From Amphiscolops sp. MND2022 (taxonomy: Eukaryota), in NCBI GenBank assembly GCA_964187785.1, contig OZ076414.1, forward strand, positions 2,108,001 to 2,172,000: a stretch of 64,000 nucleotides of DNA, given 5' to 3'. Position numbers and translations under genes: made by a program. Below the pieces are notes generated by a model that searched no databases, had not been told where the DNA came from, and saw only the letters and a program-made list of their open reading frames with translations. How positions within the stretch are numbered: position 1 is the first letter of the stretch; each line of letters starts with the position of its first letter. Positions 14,007-22,463 of this stretch are shown in pieces.

Positions 14007-14136
14007 GTGTGAGTTGTACGGGCGGCCGGTGGACATCTGGGGCTGTGGGGTCGTGCTCTACATCCTGCTGACCGGCACTCTGCCCTTCACTGGCAAGACC
14101 GCCGACGTCTTCAAACGAGTTCTCTCCAACCCAGAT
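14007..14136 (+). CDS. CASK: CASK-like exon 6 ([24 protein letters not shown])
   Basis: TGTTAG|...GAT|GTTAGT; 130 nt. Matches CASK [24 protein letters not shown]. Confidence 0.9.
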
Positions 14137-14609
14137 GTTAGTCACAGTCACTACTTCTTGTCCCACGTCACTCCAACCCCCCCCCCCCCGTCCACTGTCT
14201 CTCTCCCAGTTGAACAGAATTAGTTGTTGGAGAAGAAAAACAAAGCCAGTCTACTGTAGATAAGCTGGCTTATTTGTGCACAGTAACAGGGTAACAGTGA
14301 CTAGATATCTCTCTTACTGCCCGCTCACAAACTCTTGCTGAAACTTACTTTTTCACTAGAGTTGGCTCTGCTTTTTTTCCAACGTGTATACATATGTTCT
14401 GTTTTTTAAAAAGTAGAAATGTTAGACGCATCAGTTTGCTGTCTTTTTTGTTGAACATAAAAATGTCGAACATTTGGTACTGTTTTTTGAACATTTGTTC
14501 ATGTTGCTGGCTTTCGAGCGAAGTTTACCCTCAGAATGATTGGAGTGCAGCTGAAATTGGAGCCTTCTTGTATTTGGCAGTTGTTGAGTAATTGTTGTGT
14601 TGTGTTCAG

Positions 14610-14732
14610 TTTTCGGCGGAGAAGTGGAGCGAAGTGTCTGTGAGTGCCAAGCAGCTGTGCATGAAGATGCTGACCAGCGACCAGCACCAGCGCATCTCTG
14701 TGCACGACGCCCTCCAACACCCCTGGATCAAG
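14610..14732 (+). CDS. CASK: CASK-like exon 7 (WSEVSVSAKQLCMKML...RISVHDALQHPWIK)
   Basis: GTTCAG|...AAG|GTCAGT; 123 nt, phase 0/0. Kinase subdomain XI. Confidence 0.9.
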
Positions 14733-15169
14733 GTCAGTCCCCCCCTCCCCCCACCTCTTGCACTTTAGTTTTACTAACTCCCATCTTCTCACAACCCATT
14801 GAGACGGTGGTTCATACGTGGCAGCACCTCTTTGGCTGCTTCTTTTCCATCTTCCTCCTTTGGAATTAGCATGAAACTATCATCCTCAAATCATTTTTTT
14901 TGTATTTGAGCTCCGTTTTTAATGGAATTTGCTTCATTCAACTCAGCCTTTATACAGCAAAAGGAATTTATTTCTCATAAAAACTCCATTTTTGAGTCAC
15001 ATTAAATAGTTAATTTGGTTGAAGAAACCATGGTCGATATTTGTGGAAATACACTAAATTATTTTCATCTTTCAAATCGAAGAGGTGGAGTGAAAATGAA
15101 GAAAACAGGCGGCTGTTTCGACTGTCATGTCTAGTTTACTTTAGTGTAATATGTTGTGTTGTGTTGTAG

Positions 15170-15457
15170 TCCACCAGTGTATGTGGCGGCGGTGGGGGAG
15201 GAGGAGGGGGTTCTGGTGTGTCGAAGTCGCCCCTGAGGAGAGCGATGTCGCAGATGAGCAGGTTCAACGGGCGCAGGAAGATCCAGTCTGCCATCAACAT
15301 CGCCGCCAACTCCTCTCTCTGGGACCAGATGGCCGCTACCTTGAACGAGAAACAGCTCAAACACACCTCTCTACATGCACCCCCTCCCCCTCTGCTAGAT
15401 GCTCTGCACACCAACACCATGAACAAGGCCGTCAATGACGTCATCACCATGATACAG
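15170..15457 (+). CDS. CASK: CASK-like exon 8 (Gly-rich linker, CaM-binding helix RFNGRRKIQSAI, start of L27)
   Basis: TTGTAG|...CAG|GTCAGT; 288 nt. RFNGRRK corresponds to CASK KFNARRKLKGAV. Confidence 0.85.
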
Positions 15458-15664
15458 GTCAGTCAGTTAGTGGGTGTTAGGTCAATAATTTTTAGTCGGC
15501 GCTTGAAGTGAAACGCGACTGTTATAGTGACTTTTTTTCTATCCACACGAACTGACCAAAATAGTTCTACAAAAGTTCTACAAAATATTATTGCATCAAA
15601 ATGCACTATTTCGTCTAGCGAACTGAACCAAAAAGGTTTTTCCTGTTTTTCCGCGTAACATACC

Positions 15665-15908
15665 AGTAGTAAAGGAGGGGGGGGGGGTTTATGAACGTTT
15701 TTGGCTCCCAAGCGAAAATTTTCTAAGATAGATTTCTTATGCACGTTTTGGGCTCCCAACCGAAATTATTCTAAGATAGATTTCGTGTGCACGTTTTGGG
15801 CTCCCAACTCGAAAACTTTCAAAGTCATAAAGCTCAAAGGTCAAACTGATTCTTTATTCAAAATGTGTGCCGTATGTCAAGCATTATTTACATTGCAAAC
15901 CGATGAAG
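15665..15908 (+). repeat. Maverick left TIR (244 bp) containing ~2.6 copies of a 48-bp unit
   Basis: Reverse complement of 29302-29546, with about 5 substitutions and a 1-nt difference in G-run length (compared by eye). Confidence 0.95.
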
Positions 15909-16259
15909 CTTCTTACTGCAATAAAATTGAATAATCTTAGCATTAATGAAAATATGAAGCAGTCCAACCTTTTCTCTGCTGAACATGAGGCCTGAGGCCA
16001 TTAAGAAGTAAAAGTAAAGAGATTTTGATAAACTGACAAAGTGAAGCCATGTTCGTTCCGGAAAACTGAAAAACACAGCGACAGCAGTATCTATGTACTT
16101 AGACTCTGGAAATTCCATGGAAAACTCCCATAAAAGGCACCTATGACACCTCCTATCATGAAATTGATGCAATTGTCCAGATAACGGTTGGCGAAAACGC
16201 CATTATCAAAGTATCCTCATTACAAATCAGAAGCAAACTCAGAAGAAAAATCAGAAAAT

Positions 16260-17075
16260 ATGACTACTGTATTTCGCGAAATACCATTCAATTATTGGCT
16301 TGTTCTGTTTGCCACTGATGAAAATCGAGAATCTCAAAAAGAAGGTAATTCCGAGATGCCAGTCAGTGTTGCAGAGATGCTCGAAACACTAACAAACTCG
16401 AATGGTTGTCAGTTCATTTACAGGAAGCACAAAAACGGAGAGAATAGCGATGGTGAACTTAACGATTTCTGCCAATCCATGCCTTCAAACCACTCTCACA
16501 TACTGCTCTACATTCCCTATTTTTCTGGAGCCGAGAAGTTGATAAAACAGTCTGTTTCTCAAACGCTATCCAATGTACAAAATGCCAAAGTCAAACTACT
16601 AACAGTCTCTTACCCAGAAAACTTTATGAAAACGGAAATCTCAATGTTCCACGATGAATCGCTAATTATCAGAGGCGAAAGGATGCAGAAGCTAATCAAA
16701 GTAAAAACAACTGAGACTTTGGGTTGTAAGTTTGTATCTTCATGGGAATTTGAGAAACACAATTCCCTAGGAAACTGTCCCGAGAGTGAGAAGGCACTTT
16801 ACGTTTTCCAGAAACTTTTGCAGCTCGAGAAAAGTGACGCACCTTTCAAAGACACAATAATTTCCTACATCGATCTTCTACAACGGGGAATGGGGCGACT
16901 TTTCCTTACGGAGCACAGCCGAACGTTGGACATTGACTTGGGTGTTTCAAATGCTCAATGCACATGCTACGAGTGTCTCTATCAGCCATTACATGAAACA
17001 CAAGACGACCAAAGCACAAACTCTGAATTTTCTCTCTTCAATGAAGACACTATAATTGATACTTCATTTTTGTAA
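16260..17075 (+). CDS. Maverick ORF1, hypothetical protein (271 aa from ATG 16260)
   Basis: Long open frame inside the element with a CxCxxC motif near the C-terminus. No family recognised. Confidence 0.7.
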   Translation: MTTVFREIPFNYWLVLFATDENRESQKEGNSEMPVSVAEMLETLTNSNGCQFIYRKHKNGENSDGELNDFCQSMPSNHSHILLYIPYFSGAEKLIKQSVSQTLSNVQNAKVKLLTVSYPENFMKTEISMFHDESLIIRGERMQKLIKVKTTETLGCKFVSSWEFEKHNSLGNCPESEKALYVFQKLLQLEKSDAPFKDTIISYIDLLQRGMGRLFLTEHSRTLDIDLGVSNAQCTCYECLYQPLHETQDDQSTNSEFSLFNEDTIIDTSFL

Positions 17076-17128
17076 AAACTTTTCTAGAAATCAGTTGGAT
17101 CCAATACATTTCTTTTCACGAAGTGAAA

Positions 17129-17536
17129 ATGTTTTCAGCGCGAGAAATTTGTGAGAACTTTAACGCCGTAAATTATTTGTTCCCAAGAAACACTACAACT
17201 AAAAACGCATTTCTAGCAGTGTGCCGTTATCTGGATGAAAATGTTGATTTGAGAAAAGTCAATGCTTTAGCCCAGTCTGGAGGCAAAATAGGACCAGGAG
17301 ACAGCAAACTTGACGACTACTTTAACTTTTCAAAGATATTGAGATTGCATGCAATTTTTCATGATGCTCATGGCTACATGAGAAGTTTTGAGAACGTAGG
17401 ACCTGGTTACGTTTATACCGTTACAAAAACTCAATCCTTTCGGAATAATATGCTTCTAGGACATGTCTCCGGAATAGCTTATTGGACGTTTGTCAAACTT
17501 TTCCATCGCGAACATTTCGACGCATTCCCTTTCTGA
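17129..17536 (+). CDS. Maverick small ORF, possible phospholipase A2-like (GPG...HD) protein
   Basis: KIGPGDSKLDDYFNFSKILRLHAIFHDAHGY resembles the parvoviral PLA2 pattern GPG-x18-HD-x2-Y (here x20). The ORF is solid; the function is inferred. Confidence 0.55.
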   Translation: MFSAREICENFNAVNYLFPRNTTTKNAFLAVCRYLDENVDLRKVNALAQSGGKIGPGDSKLDDYFNFSKILRLHAIFHDAHGYMRSFENVGPGYVYTVTKTQSFRNNMLLGHVSGIAYWTFVKLFHREHFDAFPF

Positions 17537-17620
17537 ATTTTCATTTCTTACCTTGAACCTCTTTGAGTTCGGTCGCAACAGAACTAGAGGGAAAACGTTG
17601 CATTCGAAACACTAACGATT

Positions 17621-17977
17621 ATGAGCACAATCGATACGTGTCGCAGCAGTGGATATTGTAGCGAGTTGACGTTGAACGAAAACCCCCGAGATCAAGAAGA
17701 TCAACTTGACTACGCTGATTTGTCTGGTCCAAATCTTGAAAGGATAATTTTCGATAACACTGATCAAGAAAGACCTCCCTTCAGCTTCAATTGCTGTGAC
17801 TCACGCGTGGAGAGATCGTTACTCCTAGTTTTCTTTCATTATGCTATCATACTCGCAGTAATATCTTTTTGTATAATTTTTCTGTCGCTTTGTGATTCAG
17901 AGAGCAAATTTGCATCAGGCGTCTTGGCACTTTTATCAGCTTGCGTTGGCCACGTTTTACCCGGTCCAAAACGATGA
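17621..17977 (+). CDS. Maverick small membrane protein (two C-terminal TM helices)
   Basis: Hydrophobic segments LLLVFFHYAIILAVISFCIIFLSL and FASGVLALLSACVGHVLP. Its stop overlaps the ATPase ATG (ATGA). Confidence 0.7.
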   Translation: MSTIDTCRSSGYCSELTLNENPRDQEDQLDYADLSGPNLERIIFDNTDQERPPFSFNCCDSRVERSLLLVFFHYAIILAVISFCIIFLSLCDSESKFASGVLALLSACVGHVLPGPKR

Positions 17978-18675
17978 ACAAAAGAATCAGCACTAACCCG
18001 CATTGCTTCATTTCAGTCGTCGGGCCTGCTGGCTGTGGCAAGACACGCTTAATTGGAAGGATGATTTCAAACCAAGAGAAAATTTTCCGACCGTCTTTCG
18101 ATAGAATAATCTATTTTTACAAACACGATCAAGATTCCTACGAAAAACTTAGATTTGAGTGTTCGACTAAAGCTGTCGATCTTGACCTTGTTCAAGGTTT
18201 GGAGTGGAATGCTGTCGAGCGAAGCGAGGCTTTGAAGCAGAGAACTCTTGTTGTTATCGACGACTTGTATGATGAAGCTGCTCAAATTAAAGAGTTTCTA
18301 GACCTAGTTATTGCTGGACGTCACAAAAACGTACATCTAATGGTTCTGCGACATAACCTTTTTCAACAATGTAAAAACTCGAAGACGATCGACCTGAATG
18401 TCACTCAGATGATTCTGTTCAACAGCCCGCGAGATTTAGAGCAAATTGGAATCTTGGGTCGTCAACTAGGAGAGCGATCAACTTTAATGAAGGCATATAA
18501 AAGGGCTACGCAGGAACCATTCGGTCATTTGATGATTGATCTGGATGTTCGAAGCAATAGAAACTTGAGATATTGCTCTCATTGCTCTGCAGACGTACCA
18601 ACTCATTTTTATTGTGCTACAGATCAACTTTTTGTTTCACTAAACGATGAATTCACAAAATTATTATACTCTTGA
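17974..18675 (+). CDS. A32/FtsK-HerA-like DNA packaging ATPase
   Basis: Walker A GPAGCGKT, Walker B LVVIDD, then RH and HNLF motifs typical of Polinton ATPases. Confidence 0.92.
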   Translation: MNKRISTNPHCFISVVGPAGCGKTRLIGRMISNQEKIFRPSFDRIIYFYKHDQDSYEKLRFECSTKAVDLDLVQGLEWNAVERSEALKQRTLVVIDDLYDEAAQIKEFLDLVIAGRHKNVHLMVLRHNLFQQCKNSKTIDLNVTQMILFNSPRDLEQIGILGRQLGERSTLMKAYKRATQEPFGHLMIDLDVRSNRNLRYCSHCSADVPTHFYCATDQLFVSLNDEFTKLLYS

Positions 18676-18988
18676 TTTATACCAAAAGTTTTCACCTACC
18701 CTGAAAAAGTTTTTTATTCTCCACTGTTCTGATGAGTTAATTAAATTTTTTTGTGATTGCATTTTCAATGTAGTGAAGGGAAAAGTGAAACTTGAAAACA
18801 ACATTCAACGAAAAATGGCTGTGCTTTCACGCGAAAAAACGAACATTGAAACAATTTGCACCAAGAGACGCGTCTCTTTGAAGAGAAAACGTCAAGTGTT
18901 AGGCTCTGACAGAGGAATGCGTTTGCTGAAACTAGTCATTCCGTCAGTTCTGAATCATTTGAAAAATTGCCATGACAGCAAGCAGTAG
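18647..18988 (+). CDS. Small basic Maverick protein downstream of the ATPase (putative virion core protein)
   Basis: IKFFCDCIFNVVKGKV...KRKRQVL resembles the conserved basic ORF that follows Polinton ATPases. Recognised by motif only. Confidence 0.6.
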   Translation: MNSQNYYTLDLYQKFSPTLKKFFILHCSDELIKFFCDCIFNVVKGKVKLENNIQRKMAVLSREKTNIETICTKRRVSLKRKRQVLGSDRGMRLLKLVIPSVLNHLKNCHDSKQ

Positions 18989-19661
18989 CTTACGCGATCT
19001 TATTTTAATCACTCACGAGGAGTATATATCCTTGAAGCAACAAGTCAAAAAGCCAGATGCTCGCGAAAAACAAAAGCAACATATACTTTCAAATCTGGGT
19101 CAAGACACAGACTACCTTCACCGACAAGAAAAAGACATGGATGTTTCTGAACCCTCAAAACAGTCATCAGAGGACGCTCTAGTAGCCCAGTTGAATTTAA
19201 ATTCAAGGTATCCCACAGAAAAAGATATCAGCAAAAGCAGTGAGAAAGTGAATGAAGCACGCCAAAAACCGTCCGATCTAGTTTTATCGAATTTACTGGA
19301 ATCTGGCGTCACGGGTGGTAAAGTTGAGAGGTCGAGGCAAATTTTGAAAAAGATTGAAGATTGTGAGCGAACCACATTAGATGATACCAATCATACCATA
19401 ATTTTGGATCAACAGGACACTGGAATCAGTGTAGTAGAGTTTCTGTCAGCACTGCAGGTTAATACCAAACAGCTACCGAAAAAGTTTTTAACTTTGGTTG
19501 AAGTTCTCAGACTTCCTCAATTTTTACTAGCAAACACTTATGCTAGGCATACTAGCAGTCAAAATCAACATCATATTAGACTTGCTGCCGGTGCCTCGCC
19601 TTACAAGAAACTGAAGCTTGATAGCGAAACCGTACCTAATCAGTGGCTTACAAATTTCTGA
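18972..19661 (+). CDS. Maverick hypothetical protein (229 aa)
   Basis: Open frame overlapping its neighbours in the dense gene array. No recognised motif. Confidence 0.7.
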   Translation: MTASSSLRDLILITHEEYISLKQQVKKPDAREKQKQHILSNLGQDTDYLHRQEKDMDVSEPSKQSSEDALVAQLNLNSRYPTEKDISKSSEKVNEARQKPSDLVLSNLLESGVTGGKVERSRQILKKIEDCERTTLDDTNHTIILDQQDTGISVVEFLSALQVNTKQLPKKFLTLVEVLRLPQFLLANTYARHTSSQNQHHIRLAAGASPYKKLKLDSETVPNQWLTNF

Positions 19662-19663
19662 AA

Positions 19664-20828
19664 ATGGGAAACAAGAAGTGGGTTTGTGGATCATGCAAAA
19701 AAGTCTCGGCAAAGGTTCCAAGAAAACTCCATCGCTTTGGTGCCACGTTTGCGGATGGATTCACTTCAAGTGCAGCGGGCTAACAGACAGCAAAGAATAT
19801 CACGACAATTTTTTGTGTTCACATTGTCGAGAAAGCCGAGTCTTGCTCGATGATGAAAAGGACGGAGACTATGCAGCTGCGTTTCCAAAAATTCATGATC
19901 ACTACACGAATCCTGGAAATACATCAGCTTTTGGGAGTAGACGAAGCTTGATTAAAGCATCAAAGTTCCGGCCACAAGACAAGATGTAGACCGTTATTTA
20001 AACTCGAGCGAAACTTACACAAAATTCAAATTACCCCGAAAACGTTTTCCACGGTTGAAGGTTATTAGCTATAGACTGAACGAAATTTGGTCAATAGACT
20101 TGGCAGACATGCAAAAACTGGCAAACACTAATGCCGGCATCAGATACCTATTCGTCGCTGTTGACGTCCTGAGTCGTTACTTATGGGTTGAATCCATCAA
20201 GGTGAAAACGGTCCATGCGTGTAGGGAAGCTTTGAAAAAAATATTCGCCAAGAATGACAAGTCACGAAATCCCAAAATTTGTCGTGAAACACACCAACCA
20301 GAAAAAATTTGGGTCGACAAGGGTCGTGAATTCTCGGGCGAATTTGCCACTTTTTGCAGTCAACGTGGAATTGAGATTTATTCCACCAAAAGCGAGACAA
20401 AATCTGCTTTAGCCGAAAGAAACATCAGATCTTTGAAGTCGTTAATTTTCAAATACATGCACGAACATGACCAAAGTAGATATTTTGACAAACTTGATCA
20501 ATTTGTGGCAATCATTAACAACCGAGTGAACCGTATGACAAAGTTGGCACCGTCTTCGGTTTCACAAAAGGACGTCAACTATTTAGTTTCTCTCTGTCAC
20601 ACCAACGCCCAAAAGAAGCCAAAATTCAGAATTGGCCAACAAGTTCGCATTAGGCGCAAGATTGACACTTTTCATCGAGGTTACAAAATACAGTTCACGG
20701 AAGAATTGTTTAAAATTGCGGCAATACCAACCAACAACCCTCCAACTTATATTGTCAAAGACTGCGACGGCGAAATTATACAAGGAAAATTTTACGAACC
20801 TGAACTCGTGCGATTCGCTCCAAATTGA
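19664..20828 (+). CDS. PHD finger-retroviral-type (rve/DDE) integrase, ~388 aa after restoring two 1-bp homopolymer frameshifts (~19702 and ~19964)
   Basis: The N-terminus reads CGSC...CHVCGWIHFKC...CSHC, followed by YTNPGNTSAFGS, WSIDLADM (D), WVDKGREF (D) and AERNIRSLK (E), and ends GKFYEPELVRFAPN*. Confidence 0.88.
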
Positions 20829-20839
20829 CTGTGTCAACG

Positions 20840-21859
20840 ATGGACGGACTGTCAGCAAGTGTTGAGCATTCAAGTTGCAACCAAGAATTCACCATGAATC
20901 TCATTTCCAATGCTTCTATGGATACTTTTCCCGAAAACACATTGTCCAGTTTTACGACTCTTTTACCGACACCAATTCATCTTTCCGGCGAGTGGCAGGT
21001 GGCTCTACTGGAAATTGCTTGGCCCAATATTATCCAGAATGTGACTGTGGGAGAATTCACAGTATACAAACGAAACATCCAGTCGCCAGTCGAGAAGCGA
21101 CCACGCAAGCACAACCGACCCGGTGCCATTTCAATGGCGATTCCTGCAGCATTCGAGCGTCAATCTCCTGCTTCGACTCTCCCGTTTTACACAGCTCCTG
21201 TAAAGCACCGCCTAAAACCGGGATGTTATACATCGGTCGATTCAATTTTAGCATCAATCACAAAAATTGCCATGGGAGAAGAACAAATGGGAAGAAAACG
21301 AATCTCATCATCCCCTGACAATGTCTTATCACTTTTGTCATGGAAAGTTGACAATGTAACGAGAAAACTACATGTTAAATTTTGCGGAAATCACAAACAA
21401 TATGGGTTGAGAATTTTCACCGAGTCCAATGATTTGCGAAACATTTTGGGCACGAATGTAATCATTGATTGTGGTGAGTCACAAAAAGAAGCAGTGGAAG
21501 AGATCGATACAGAATCTGCATCAAACACAATTGTCAAGCATGTTGGAAAATGGCCAGTTGACTTGAATGCAGGCAGCCATACCATGTTTTTGTATTGCGA
21601 CCTCGTGCAAAACCAAACATTGGGCGATAAGCAGACGGCACTCTTGCGATCGATTCCCGTTAAAAGTCTAGCTTTGGTGCAGACGTTGGGAGAGATGAAT
21701 CACAAAAGTTTCAGCAATCTGCAGTGGAAACGCGTCATTAAATCGCATTTTCAGTCAATCAACGTCACGCTCGCCAATGAAATGGGTCAAAAAATTCCCT
21801 TCTTGAGTTGCGGTCGCACCAATGTGACTTTGGCTTTTAGACCAACACCTCGACACTGA
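20840..21859 (+). CDS. Minor capsid protein (penton)
   Basis: FTMNLISNASMDTFPENTLSSFTTLLP..IHLSGEWQVALLEI and MFLYCDLV..Q..GD....LLR.IP are typical Maverick penton motifs. Confidence 0.85.
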   Translation: MDGLSASVEHSSCNQEFTMNLISNASMDTFPENTLSSFTTLLPTPIHLSGEWQVALLEIAWPNIIQNVTVGEFTVYKRNIQSPVEKRPRKHNRPGAISMAIPAAFERQSPASTLPFYTAPVKHRLKPGCYTSVDSILASITKIAMGEEQMGRKRISSSPDNVLSLLSWKVDNVTRKLHVKFCGNHKQYGLRIFTESNDLRNILGTNVIIDCGESQKEAVEEIDTESASNTIVKHVGKWPVDLNAGSHTMFLYCDLVQNQTLGDKQTALLRSIPVKSLALVQTLGEMNHKSFSNLQWKRVIKSHFQSINVTLANEMGQKIPFLSCGRTNVTLAFRPTPRH

Positions 21860-21935
21860 CCAGACATCATTCATTCTGAAATTTGTGAAAAGTACAGTCG
21901 CTCAAATTGACCAATTTAATTTCATTGGCTCCGGA

Positions 21936-22448
21936 ATGGATGCCCATTACGATGCACAAATTAAAGCCAATACTCACACAACATTCAGTGGACCAGCCAG
22001 ACAGATGGGATCTGGGGGTGGCATTGGAGCTTTTGCTGTTCGAATGGGTCGTGTAGCCATTCCACTAGTTAGAAAGTACGTCTTACCTGTAGCAAAACAA
22101 GTCGGCAAAAACTTGATAGAAAGCGCCGTTCCGGAAATTGGACAGATTTTGTCAGGCAAGAAAAAGCCCAGCCGTAAGCTGTTGACTAATGTCGCCAAAA
22201 GGGCTGCCATTGAAACTGTAAAGACAAACTTGCCGAGCGGTGTTGCCCTTCGGCCGGGCGGCGGCGTCGGCGAGCGGAAACCCGGACCGCAGCGGTCGGC
22301 GGCGAAGGCAAAGAACGGAGTTACACGAAATGTCAAACAATCATCAGGCAATAGAAAGCGAAGTAATAGTCTCTCAAGCATTTCAAAAAAAGCGCGCGCC
22401 AAGAGAAGTCGGTCCGACATTTTGTCTGAAATTCAATTTTCCCAATAG
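21936..22448 (+). CDS. Basic putative core protein (Q.G.G motif, K/R-rich C-terminus)
   Basis: FSGPARQMGSGGGIGAFAVRMGRVAIPLVRKYVLPVAKQVGKNL is the conserved Maverick ORF between penton and MCP. Strongly basic tail. Confidence 0.7.
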   Translation: MDAHYDAQIKANTHTTFSGPARQMGSGGGIGAFAVRMGRVAIPLVRKYVLPVAKQVGKNLIESAVPEIGQILSGKKKPSRKLLTNVAKRAAIETVKTNLPSGVALRPGGGVGERKPGPQRSAAKAKNGVTRNVKQSSGNRKRSNSLSSISKKARAKRSRSDILSEIQFSQ

Positions 22449-22463
22449 ACAAAAATTCAGAGA

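Noticed and set aside
15690-15810. 48-bp repeats as a CRISPR-like array
   Set aside because: The units are contiguous with no unique spacers, lie inside the TIR, and the context is eukaryotic.
15701-15934. ORF MAPKRKFSK... (and its mirror at 29261-29509)
   Set aside because: It is a translation of the TIR repeats with a non-ATG start and no coding signal.
19697-19964. Programmed -1 ribosomal frameshifting in the integrase
   Set aside because: It would need two shifts, the second site (A3) is not a slippery heptamer, and no stimulatory structure is evident. Error or mutation is simpler.
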